NCBI GenBank assembly: GCA_040954595.2
Contig: CM082586.2
Coordinates: 6,372,509 to 6,436,508, forward strand
Length of the DNA stretch: 64,000 nucleotides
Direction: 5' to 3'
Origin: Balanoglossus misakiensis
Lineage: Eukaryota; Animalia; Hemichordata
The notes beneath the pieces are model-generated. The model was not told the DNA's origin, did not search any database, and saw only the letters and a program-made list of their open reading frames with translations. A program made the position numbers and the translations under genes. Shown here in pieces: positions 15,301 to 27,300 of this stretch. Numbering within the stretch: position 1 is the first letter of the stretch; every line of letters begins with the position of its first letter.

Positions 15301-18300
15301 CAATTGCTGTATGAGGCTGATATGGGTGCTGACATCAATGTCGGATTTCTCAATCTAAAGTACAGCGCACAGATTCATGCTGACTATCATATTATCAAAG
15401 CGACCACTCTGGATGTGGAGATTGGTGGGTTGCTAACATGCTCCGGAGATGAACGTATACATTCAGAATCAATGGACACATCGCTTGGATCGGGAGACAC
15501 GTACAGTACAGGCGATGCCGGTGCAGGCCATGGCAGTTTTGGTGGAGCTGGGAGACATGATACGGTTCTCGGAGGTAGACCGTATGGATCAATATATGCA
15601 CCACAAATGCCAGGAAGCAGAGGTTCAAGAAGTAATAAAGGTGGCGGCACAATAGTACTGAACACAACAGATGTTATCATAGACGGTGAAATAAATGCTC
15701 AAGGGGGTTCTGCCACCGAGTCCTACGGCTCAGGAAGCAGTGGAGGAAGCATATGGATCGATACAAGGTCCATGGAAGGATTTGGTACAGTGACTGTAAA
15801 TGGTGGAGAGGGATTGTCATATGGAGGGGGAGGTTCAGGAGGCAGAATAGCCGTGTATTCGCAAGTGTTCAACGAATTCAGAGGTGGCTACAGATTTTTT
15901 GGTGGAAATGGCTACAATCAGTATGAGCGACCTGGCGGTGGTGGAAGTGGAACTCTGTACCTGCAGGAGCTCAGGAACAGCCTACCGTACGAGCAGCTGC
16001 GTGTCAACAACCTAGATCGCCTGGTCAGTCAGTATGTCACACTGGACGAAGAAGACACCAACAGCTATGAGTTTGATGAGGTGCATTTGCATCAGTCGGG
16101 CTCCCTGCATATCAATGCATCGATTGCAAATGCCAGGCTGGTGGTACACAAGGTGGTGGGAGATCGATCCGGATTGCTTCACGTCCACGCGCTGCACGAG
16201 TACGTCATAGAAGTGGTGGAGTCCGTACCGACGGTTACCAAGCCGCCCGTCAATTTCATCGTGGATTCTGGTGCGGAAATCATCTTCCCGGCAACGCTCT
16301 ATCTGATCGGTGATGGGGTGTCTCTCGGCAATGGCCGCGTCGTCTCCATGGAACTGAACAGCACGCTGACCAATGTCGCCGATCTGGTGATTGGGCAAGG
16401 CGCCACCATGTACTTCATGGAGAACGCCCACACCGCCGTCATAGAAAACAACGAATACCTGTACAAGGACCTTCCCGGCGAATTCCGGTTCGGCGTGCTG
16501 CAGCTTCAGGCAGAGTCCTCTTTCCTGTTCGCGCCGGACCTGGGAATGAAATGCAGCGTCACGGACCTGGACGTCAAGTACGGGGCCGTGGTGTCTGCTG
16601 AGAACATCCTGATCATGGCGTCAGAAGTGAACGTCGAAGACGGTTCAACTGTCACCTGTTCCATCGATGATCGGGATGAAGACACCTTAGTGCCAGATAA
16701 AGGCCAAGGCGGTGATGCTTTCTCCAGTACTGGTGGAGGAGGTGGAGGACATGCAAGTTTTGGTGGAACCGGGTACGGTACTTCAGGGATCGACGAAGCA
16801 TCAGGTGGATTGTATCTTGGTACGATATATGAACCGAGAGAGAGGGGCGGGGCTGGTGGGGCCGGCCCGTCCTCTCCAGGAGCACGTGGAGGTTCCTTTA
16901 TGGAAATAGAAGTAGGTGGCACTCTCCACATAGATGGTGTTGTGAAAGCCAATGGTGGCAAAGCTGCGGCTGGTTCCAGAGGTGGCGGTGGTGCTGGAGG
17001 TTCGATCTGGTTGAAAGTTGGAGAACTCGAAGGCCATGGATTAGTTACTGCGGACGGTGGAGATGGGGATGGTTCTGGATCTGGTGGTGGCTCAGGAGGG
17101 CGTATAGCGGTGTATACTGACATCGAAAACAACTTCGAAGGTACTTATGATGCATTAGGTGGTGATGGAGACACAAGCAGAGGAACGCACGCCTATGGTG
17201 GACCGGGCTCTGTCTACTTGCAAGATGTTAGAGACATGTTACCGTATAGGCTGCTGAAAATCGACAACAACAACCGGGGCTGGCATCAGTATTACACCCT
17301 GGATGAAGAGGACACCCTGCATTATGAGTTTGAGGAAATCGTCATTTTGAACGAAGCTGCACTGCAGACGACCAACGATAGCATGGAGCGCAGCGTCACA
17401 ATCCACACCCTGACGGGAGACTTCACTGGTCTGCTTCACATGCACGAGAGCCACACGTTCTACGTGGACGTGGTTGACGCCAGGTCCTCCCTCTTGAAGA
17501 CAGAGGTCAACATGAAGATTGATCCGGAAGCCACGGCAGTCTTGGCCACCACGGTCGACATCCGTGGAAAGGGAGATCCGGCTCTGGACTGGAACGGCCG
17601 AATGGAAGGCGTTAGACATCTGAGGATTGCCCACGAAAGGAAGGTGGTGATCGGTCCAGAAGCACACACCACGCTGATGATAGATAATGAGTATGTATTC
17701 CACGATCCTCCCGGGACCTTCCGGTTCTCCAGCCTGGAATTTGGTGCCGAGTCCGAGATTTCATTCCCACCACCAATGGGTATTGACTTCACTGTAGGCT
17801 ACCTGGTGAGTGTCCTCCTGAGTTTTCTTTCTGCAAATAATTAGTCCAGTTTTCTAGTGCGCATTTATCAGAAAAATAGTGTTGGTTGTGCATGCAGATA
17901 TTATGAACCAGTTGGTTGTCAAAAATGCCATTAGTACCAACAGGTACTAGTGAGTCTGTAACTTGCACATATGTACTGGTAGGATATATTTTGTGAGAAT
18001 TGCATACTGACAATGCATGTCTTTTGTTTGATGCCACCGCTCATAGAAAACATACACTATTGGTCATTGTAATTTCTCAAAGGAAAAGCATAGTAAAGTT
18101 ATAAGCAGGTTAAACATTCAGTGATCTTAGCAGCAGACAGTAACAAAGAGTTACATTTCATTACAGGACATGAAATGGGCATCAAAATTCACAGCCGAGT
18201 TCTTTGAGGTGTTTGCTACAGATTTCTACCTTGAACCAAGTGCTGCCATGATTTGCACAGGAAGGGGTCCAGAAGATGGTGGTCCGGGTGTAGGGCCATC

Positions 18301-21300
18301 TATTGGTACAGGAGCTGGACATGCTACATATGGTGGCAATGGTAGGTATTTGTGTTTTACTATATATGGTTGGTACTTTCCTTGCAATCATTTTATCACC
18401 AAGTCAAACAAACGTCTGAGGCAGTGTCAAAGCAGTCTGTTGTACAATAAATGTTTTGCTAATCCAGCACTAAACACAGACTTTGCTATGCTGGTTAACA
18501 AGCTTCATTTTCAAACTATTTATTTTCCTTTTGCAGCCACAGGAGGAACACCTGGTGGTGTGCCGTATGGATCCATTTACGAACCAGAATTGGGAGGCAG
18601 TCGTGGTGGACCATCTACAAGTGGGAATGCAGGCCCAAGAGGAGGAGGAAGGATACGAATTGTGGTCGGGGCAGTGTTCCACTTAGATGGTGAAATCAAT
18701 GTAGATGGTGACAGTGCTAGCACTAGTTCAGGAGCTGGTGGAAGTAGCGGAGGCAGTGTTTGGGCAAACACAGGTGAGTGTTAATTAATAAGAGTTTAGT
18801 AGAATGCAATGTACAGATATGTAGATTGCAAGTAGTTTGTACATAAATCCAGTGGTTCATACTTTTAGAAAAAGAATTATCACAAAATAGCCACATCTCT
18901 TGAGATTGCAAACATTTCTTGTTGCAAAAATTTCCCAATTACAGTATGGTGTGTTGTTTAATACTAGTAATATTTTCATGAGAAAACTGTTTTCCATACC
19001 TATACATTACAGGTCATTTCCGTGGACATGGGGTCATCAGTGCGATGGCCGGACAAGGTGCTAACAACGCAGGTGGGGGAGCTGGTGGCAGAATTGCCGT
19101 TCATATCACCCACAAGGATGAATACAGAGGAGCTCTAACTGCTCTCGGAGCTGGTGGTCCAAGTGGCGGAGACATCGGTGGTACTGGGACTGTGTTTGTA
19201 GAGGAATACCGCAACCAGACGTACTTCAACCGGCTGTATTTGGATAACCAGAATGTGTTGCCGCCCAAGGTTTTCCTCCTTGATGAGAGAAACCCGAGGA
19301 CAGTCCGGGCTGGAGAGAAAGAACTCAACAATGCTGATTTTGGATTTGATGAACTGACACTTCAAAATGAGGTATTAAATTATAGTTAGTTCAGGCAACT
19401 TTCGTATTACATAATATATTTAATTGCAACCAAGGATAAACAGTTTTAACAATAGTGCACCGGTATGTGAATAAATGTCTTCAGTCAATCTGAATACCCC
19501 ATGATGATTTCTCTTTTTCAAAGCACTATTTATTTCTTACTCATCCAGGGAGTGTTTGAGATCTCGAACATGAGTCAACCCAGCGTGGCAGTTTCCATCT
19601 ACAATGTACTTGGTGACGGGACAGGGTTATTCAACATCAAGGGCGATCAGACTTTCTTCATAGAATACAGTCAGGCAGAAGAGCGACGCTCTGTGCCTCC
19701 CGTCAACTTTGTTGTCTTCAAAGACGGAGAGTTGTACATGCCGGCTGATGTCCGCATCAACGGCGGCAAATCGCCAGCCTTGTATTTGAATGGACAGTTG
19801 ACGGGCGTGGTCAATCTGACAGCAGCTGAAAACAAGGAAATATATGTCGGACCAGATGCTACAAACGCCCAAGCGGAAAATGGCACCTATACTGACACAC
19901 CTCAACCAGGTATGTCTTGCCGAATTCGTTCATCACTGTATTGTATTGTGTTGTATTGTATTGTATTGTATTGTATTGTATTGTATTGTATTGTATTGTA
20001 TTGTATTGTATTGTATTGTATTGTATTGTATTTTATAATTGTATTGTATTGTATTGTATTGTATTGTAATACATGTAATTATGAAATAAGCTCTACACAT
20101 ATAATTTACTCTTAGATGCATAGTACAGATAAACTTTTGTTCGTTAATCCATTAACACACAGATTTCTGAAGGCACAATTAAGACATGGAAAATCACTTT
20201 TGTCTTTGTTACAGGTCGACTTTCTTTAGGACATCTGAAACTAGAAGCCCAGTCCCGACTGATCTTCCCGGAAAGTGTAGAGCTTGAAGTGACCGACCTG
20301 ACAATGAGATATGAATCCACAATCACAACAGAGCATGTCGTCATCAGTGCCTCTAACATTCACATGGAAGGGGAAGCCAGTATAGTAACATCCGGACGAG
20401 GCCCAGCAGCTGGCACAGGCGACAGTCCTGGGACCGTAGTAAATGGAACGACTTATGGAACTGGGGCAGGCCATGGCGGTTACGGTGGTGGCACTGACAA
20501 GATAGACTACAGGACAGGTGTGTTTATATCTCTTCTGTCCACGTGAATGCTGTTGTGTTAATCAATGCATTTTTCATAAAAAGTTAGCAGTGGCATGGAC
20601 TCGCTTGCTGTGCGAATCGGAGTGGCATGTCTGAGTGGGAATGATGTAAAATACAATTCAGATGTTGAATGCTTTTCACAAATGATCATATCTAATACTG
20701 TGTAATGTGGAGCCATTTTTATGTAGTGCACTTCACTTAAAAAGTTAGTTACCATCAATCTCTTATACCTGTTACAATACATGTTTAACATAGAACACTG
20801 TCAGTTAGAATGAAACAATCCCTTTATAATATCACGTAACTTTTCCTATTATAGGTATTGGCTATGGGTCCTACACAGAGCCATTGCACAAGGGCAGTGG
20901 AGGTGGTGGCCAGTCTGGTGGCGCAGGTGGTAGCACCATCAGAATAAACGTAGGACACGAGATTCACTTGGATGGACAGATACTCAATGAAGGACAAGAT
21001 GCGACTGGAAGTAACGGAGGTGGCGGAAGTGGGGGCAGTATCTTACTCAAGACGCTGTTATTCTCAGGGCATGGAATCATCTCGGCTGAGGGAGGAAACG
21101 GTATGGGATACGGTTATGGTGGCGCTGGTGGTCGCATAGCTGTCCATGTGTCTTGGGTGCGAGAATATGCAGGCGTGTATAGTGTACTGGGAGGATTGGG
21201 TGGTTCTAGCCGTTCTACAGATGATGTTGGCAATGCAGCTGCAGGGACTACATACTACACCGACACAAACGACGGTGTCAACTTCCGGAGAGCGTCTTTC

Positions 21301-24300
21301 AATGAATATAATGAGACTCTCTGGCAGGATGGTTTCAGGAAACTCTTACTGGACAACGACAACAGAAATCACGTCCTTCCGACCATAATAATGAATGAAA
21401 ACGGCACTGATTTTGAATTTGAAGAAGTTGAAATCAAGAACCATGTAGTGCTTTGGTTGTTCGGGGACGAAGATGTACTGACAGCTCACAAGTTTGATGG
21501 CGACCGTACAGGCTTGTTGCATCTCAGGCCAGGCCAACAGATGTTCTGTGAAGTGGTCGAATCCCAGTCTGGTTTCACCATTGCACCTGTGAGCTACAAG
21601 ATCGACAAAGGGGCTGAAATAATCTTCCCTTCCACCTTGACAATGCTTGGAACGAGAAGTGAAATTCATGGTTTAGTCACCGGTGTACATAACCTTATCC
21701 TTGCGGAAGGAGCTGTGTCCGTCTTCACATCGTCTGCCCAGACGGCCCTCATGGAAAACGGCACCTACACACACATGACCAGTCCGGGAAACATCAGTTT
21801 CAGCACCATCACCGTCCAGAAAGATTCAGTGATGGAGCTGTCTGAGATCGAAGGAGACCTGACCATCACAGCATCCGACCTCGAGATCAAATTCCACGGC
21901 ACAGTCTACATGAACGAGGGAACTATCAGCACAGGACATGGATGGATTGAAAGCGAGGGGCTACTGCAGTTGAGTTACACAGGATATCTGAGTGAAACCG
22001 GACCTGGAGCGGGGAATACGTCCGTTGATGGTGAAGGCTACGGTGCAGGCCACGGAGGATATGGAGGTGCTCCTGATAGCCTCATAGGTGGTGATGCGTA
22101 CGGCAACCTGTTTGAGCCCACCGAGAAAGGCAGTGGCGGCGGAAATGGCGGCGGCGCTGGTGGGAGCGGTGGTGGGCTGCTCTTCTGGGAGAACGGAGGT
22201 CAGGTCAGAATTGATGGTTTCATCCGCTTGCAAGGAGCTGATGGCGACGGGGGAAACGCGGGTGGAGGCAGTGGTGGAAGTATCCTGATAGACACCACAA
22301 ACTTCACGGGACACGGCGAAATCAATGTCAACGGAGGAGTGGCCAGTGGTAGTGGTTATGGTGGAGCCGGTGGGCGCATTGCCATTCATGTTCATCACAA
22401 GAACAGATACGCAGGCAAATACAAATCAGTTGGTGGCAGGGGAGTCACCGAGCATTTTGCAGCGGCCGGCACTGTCTACAAAGAGGAAACAACGAGGGGA
22501 CCCCAGTACCAGGACATCAAATACGATACAGCGACGAATACATCGACCATCTCAGCTCTCCATTCCTACTTGTTTGTAGACAACGAAGACCAACACGTTC
22601 CTTGGCTGTACACCATGCTGATGGAAGGAGAACGGGACTGGTACGAAGTGGATGAAGCCCACGTCATACGGCATGCAAATGTGCGCATCCATCACCCGGT
22701 CGGCAGTCCAAACGTGACAGTGATCATCCACAGTTTCCTCGGTGACAGAACTGGCTTGTTCCACATAAGAGAAAACCAAGTCCTTTACGCTGAAGTTGTT
22801 GAGTCGGTCACAAATGAAACAGTGGCGTCTGTGAGTTATTACATTGACGACGGCGCGGAAATCGTTTTACCATCCGTAGTGAGCATTCGTGGAACTCGGA
22901 CAGTTCTAGCTGGTATGATTACTGGAGTACACAACTTAGACATTGCAGGAGGCGGTGATGTTGTGTTTCTGTCCACTGGACAAACAGCCAGAGTGGAAAA
23001 CAGAGAATATGTGGATATTTCACCGCCGGGCAACTTCACGTTTGGGACGTTCTCTGTCGAGAGAAACTCCAAGGCGGAGTTCCAGAGAATCACACACGTC
23101 ATGAGCGTGACAGCCTCGGAGTTCCGCGTCAAATACGAGGGACAACTCTACATGAACATGGCAGAAATATTCTGTTCTTACGCGTGGATTGAGAGTAGAG
23201 GCGCCTTCCATCTGGATGCCAGAGGGCACTACTCTGAAGTTGGTGACGGGGCAGGCTGGACAACTAATGATAGCATCATCGGTATGGGAGCGGGATATGG
23301 CGGCCAGGGTGGCGGCCCACCTCCGTACGGTGGCCAGGCACACGGCTCTATCTTTCGACCTACCATTCCCGGCAGTGGTGGTGGTAACGGTGCGGGGATC
23401 GGCGGACGTGGCGGCGGTTTACTGTGGTGGGAGGTTGCTGAGCGAATCGAACTGAACGGAGAACTGGCACTGCGAGGTGGCGGTGGCGAGGGCGTCGATG
23501 CCGGGGGTGGTTCTGGCGGCAGCGTGCTGATTCAGACCACGAATATGACCGGGCATGGCGACATCAGAGTAAACGGCGGACCGGGTAGTGGACGCGGAGG
23601 AGGTGGCGCTGGTGGCAGAATCGGGGTGTTGTGTCGCTGGCGGTACCAGTACGGCGGACGATTTGTCAACTACGGAGGAGAGGGAGGCACGGAGGAGCAC
23701 AAATACACACACGGCGGAGCTGCGGGAACAACCTACAAGGAAGAGAATCTGCGAGAACTGGAATACAGACACAAGAAATACGACAAGGTGTACAACGTGA
23801 CATTCCTAGCTGTGGACCACACTTACGTCCATATGGATAACGATGGAAAGGTTGTACCTCCTGCTTCAATGATCATGGAGACCTACCGAACAGACTACGA
23901 GTTTGAAGAGATGGAGATCACGTCAGCGGCCAGGGTTCTCCTGTACCATCCGGACAACGAAACAGAGGTGACTCTGGTGGCCCATCTTTTCATTGGCGAC
24001 CGAACTGGACAGTTGCACCTGCGCGTTAACCAAACTGCCTACATCGAGGTGGTTGAATCGGAGAGTAATGTAACAATGGCTCCTGTCAGCTACATAACAG
24101 ACGCAGGGTCAGAAATTGTTCTACCAGAAGAATTTCACATCCATGGCACAAACAGTACATTCGGTGGACTAATCACAGGCGTACAGCACCTGTACATCGA
24201 GGATGACGCATATGTTGTGTTCCAGTCCACAAGCCACACAGCTGTCATTGAGGATAGAGAGTATGTTCTCATCACGCCCCCTGGGAATTTCACCTTTGCG

Positions 24301-27300
24301 ACTATCACAGTGAAGAGAGGTGGGCATGCCGGTTTCCAGAAGATAACCACCACGATGAGGATCGACTGTGCTGAGTATAGAGTGAAGTACCAAGGCATCC
24401 TCTTCATGAACCACGCGGAGTTGTATTCCACCTACGCATGGATTGAAAGTCAGGGCGTCTTTCATCTCGACGGCCACGGGTACGGCGCAGAGAGAGGGCC
24501 TGGCGCTGGCAGAACCATCAACAGCATCGGGTACGGTGCTGCGCATGGTGGCGAAGGGGGAGGACCGAACACCACTCTTGTCAGCCAACCTTACGATTCT
24601 GTGTACTCACCAGTGGTGCCGGGCAGTGGCGGTGGCAATGGCGCGGGCACCGGTGGCTCGGGCGGAGGGCTGTTATACTGGAAATCGAGCCACTTTGTGG
24701 AACTCAACGGATTGCTCTCGCTTCAAGGTGCTGACGGACAAGGCAGCAATGCTGGTGGGGGAAGTGGTGGCAGTGTCCTCATCGAAGTGACCAACATGAC
24801 TGGGCACGGCGAGATCAACGTCCAAGGAGGTGCCGGCTCTGGCTCGGGCGGAGGTGGTGCAGGAGGGAGAGTCGGAATCCACTGCCGGTGGCATTACACT
24901 TATGGTGGGAAGTACACAGACCGGGGTGGCAGAGGAGATGGAAGCTATGATCTGCTACACGGTGCTGCCGCTGGCACGGTCTATGTAGAGGAAAACACCC
25001 GCCCTCTGCAGTACAGAGAAGCAAAGTACATAAAGGAGCTGAATACTACATTCCTTGAAGTGGACCACAAATACGTACACATTGACAATGAAGGGCTGAA
25101 AGTACCTGTAGCATCCATGCTCATGGAAGACAACACCATAGACTACGAGTTTGACGAAATGGAGCTGACCGGGGCTGCAAGACTTCTTGTCTACCATCCA
25201 CACGGTCAGGAAGTAACGGCTGTAGTGCACCGGTTCATCGGCGACAAGACTGGGCAGTTCCACCTGAGAAACAACCAAACTGTGTATGTGGAGTACGTGG
25301 AATCGATCAACAACAGAACAGAAGCACCTTGCAGTTACATTATTGATTACGGTGCAGAGATTGTCATGCCGTTTGAAGTTCACCTGCATGGTACAGATAC
25401 TCTGATTGAAGGTCTTCTGACTGCAGTTCATCATTTATTTATCGAGGAAGATGCCCACGTGCAGTTCACGTCCACAGCACAGACAGCCACGATAGAAAAT
25501 AGGGTATACACCCACATCACATCGGAAGGTAACTTCACAATGCCTCAAGTGATCGTCAGGTACGGCGGGGAGTTGATGTTCACCAAGATTGTGAAAGAGA
25601 TGATCTTCAACGCAGCTTTCCTGGAAATCAAGTACCGAGGTCTGATATTGGCCAACCATGTCCTGATCGAATCCGGAAATGCGGATTTAGAGAGTGAAGG
25701 AGAACTGCGCATGGATGGAGCTGGATATTCCGGTGGTGCTGGACCGGGTGGAAGTCTATCAACAGGAGTCGGTGCTGGCCATGGCGGGCAAGGTGGTAGT
25801 GGTACAAGTAGTGATGGACAACCTTATGGTTCTGTATTCACTCCCATAGCCTTTGGCAGCGGTGGGGGTCCTGGGACTACTGGGCCAGGAGGTGCTGGAG
25901 GAGGGATAGTGTACTGGACTATCGGCACAAAGATCCATCTGAATGGTCTCATATCAAGCAAAGGTGAAGACGCGCAGATTACTGGTGCAGGCGGTGGCAG
26001 TGGAGGAAGTATTGTTGTCGAGGCAACTAATATGACCGGGCACGGTGAGATCAACGTCGATGGAGGCCAGGGGAAAACAACTGGATCTGGTGGCGCCGGT
26101 GGTAGAATTGGCGTTCACATACATCATATGAACACCTACGGAGGGCAGTACAACTCCAGAGGAGGTGCGGCTGGATCATCCCACAGCAATCAGAACGTCG
26201 GCGACGGTGCGCCTGGCACTGTATACAAATATGAATCGAATCGTGGCCCACAGTACAGAGAAGTGAAATACCATGATCCAGAGAGAAACATCACTGAATA
26301 CAAACCTCAGCATTCAATGCTGAAAATAGACGACGGCCACTTGGACTCTGACAACCCTGCGATGGTCATGGAAGAGGAAACAGTTTTCTATGAATTTGAC
26401 GAAGTGCAAGTCAGAGGTCATTCGCTGGTGCATTTTTACCACCCTGCTGAAGCAAGGAATGTGACTGTGGTTGCTCATGAACTTGTTGGCGACAAGTCGG
26501 GACAGGTGGTGATCAGAAACAGACAAATACTGTACGTGCACATTGTTGAATCGACACACACCTACTTGGAAATCCCATGCGGTATTCATGTCCATGATGG
26601 CGGGGAGGCAGCGCTTCCGACAACGGTAATCATACAGGCGGAAGCTCTCACTCTCGAAGGGAGAATGACCGGCGTAGAAGAGCTTGTCTTAGAACGAGAG
26701 GGCAACTTGATCTTAGGCGGGAAAGGTCACACTTCTGACCTTCAAGAAAAATCTGACTGGTACTCCGACACGCCTTTTGAACCATACACACCTGGCCTCT
26801 TCGTCGTTGCCAAAGTTTCAATCAACAACCTGGGACAGATAACCATAGACATCGACCCGCTGGTGTCCAGACTTGATGTCGGTGACTTCACCATCAAGAA
26901 AGGCGGTCTGCTGAACTCGGATTCGCAGAACTTTGAAATAATTGCTGGCGAAATGGATATTGAACCTGGTGGTGTCATTGACGCTGTTGGCGAGGGACAC
27001 CCTGCAAACTCCGGCCCGGGTGCTGGCTCATTCAGTTCTTACCGAGGATCAGGAGCAGGCCATGCAGCACAAGGTAAGAAAAAAAATCATCTGTCAACCG
27101 TGATTGTTTTTTTATAGTTGCAATAATGTATAACTAACTAGTCTAGTTATCAAGCTAACATTGTCCATTTAAACTTATGTCCAATTGTAAAAATACAAAA
27201 TTTCTCTTTGGCACTAAGAACTTGTCTCGCGAAGAACTGTCCAACATTTTTCTTTTCAAAGACACAATCCCCCCTAAAAACTAAAATCTGCATGATTATT

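Noticed and set aside
9093-17132. Proline-rich minus-strand ORFs (PPPPP, PPEPPP)
   Set aside because: They are reverse complements of GGN glycine codon runs in the real + strand exons.
2372-19371. Pairs of exons with identical lengths (226/226, 206/206, 359/359)
   Set aside because: The paired exons cover different parts of the module, so they are not duplicated exons.
19910-20121. ORFs encoding (YCIVL)n or (IQYNT)n
   Set aside because: Translations of the intronic (TTGTA)n microsatellite, downstream of a good splice donor at 19909.
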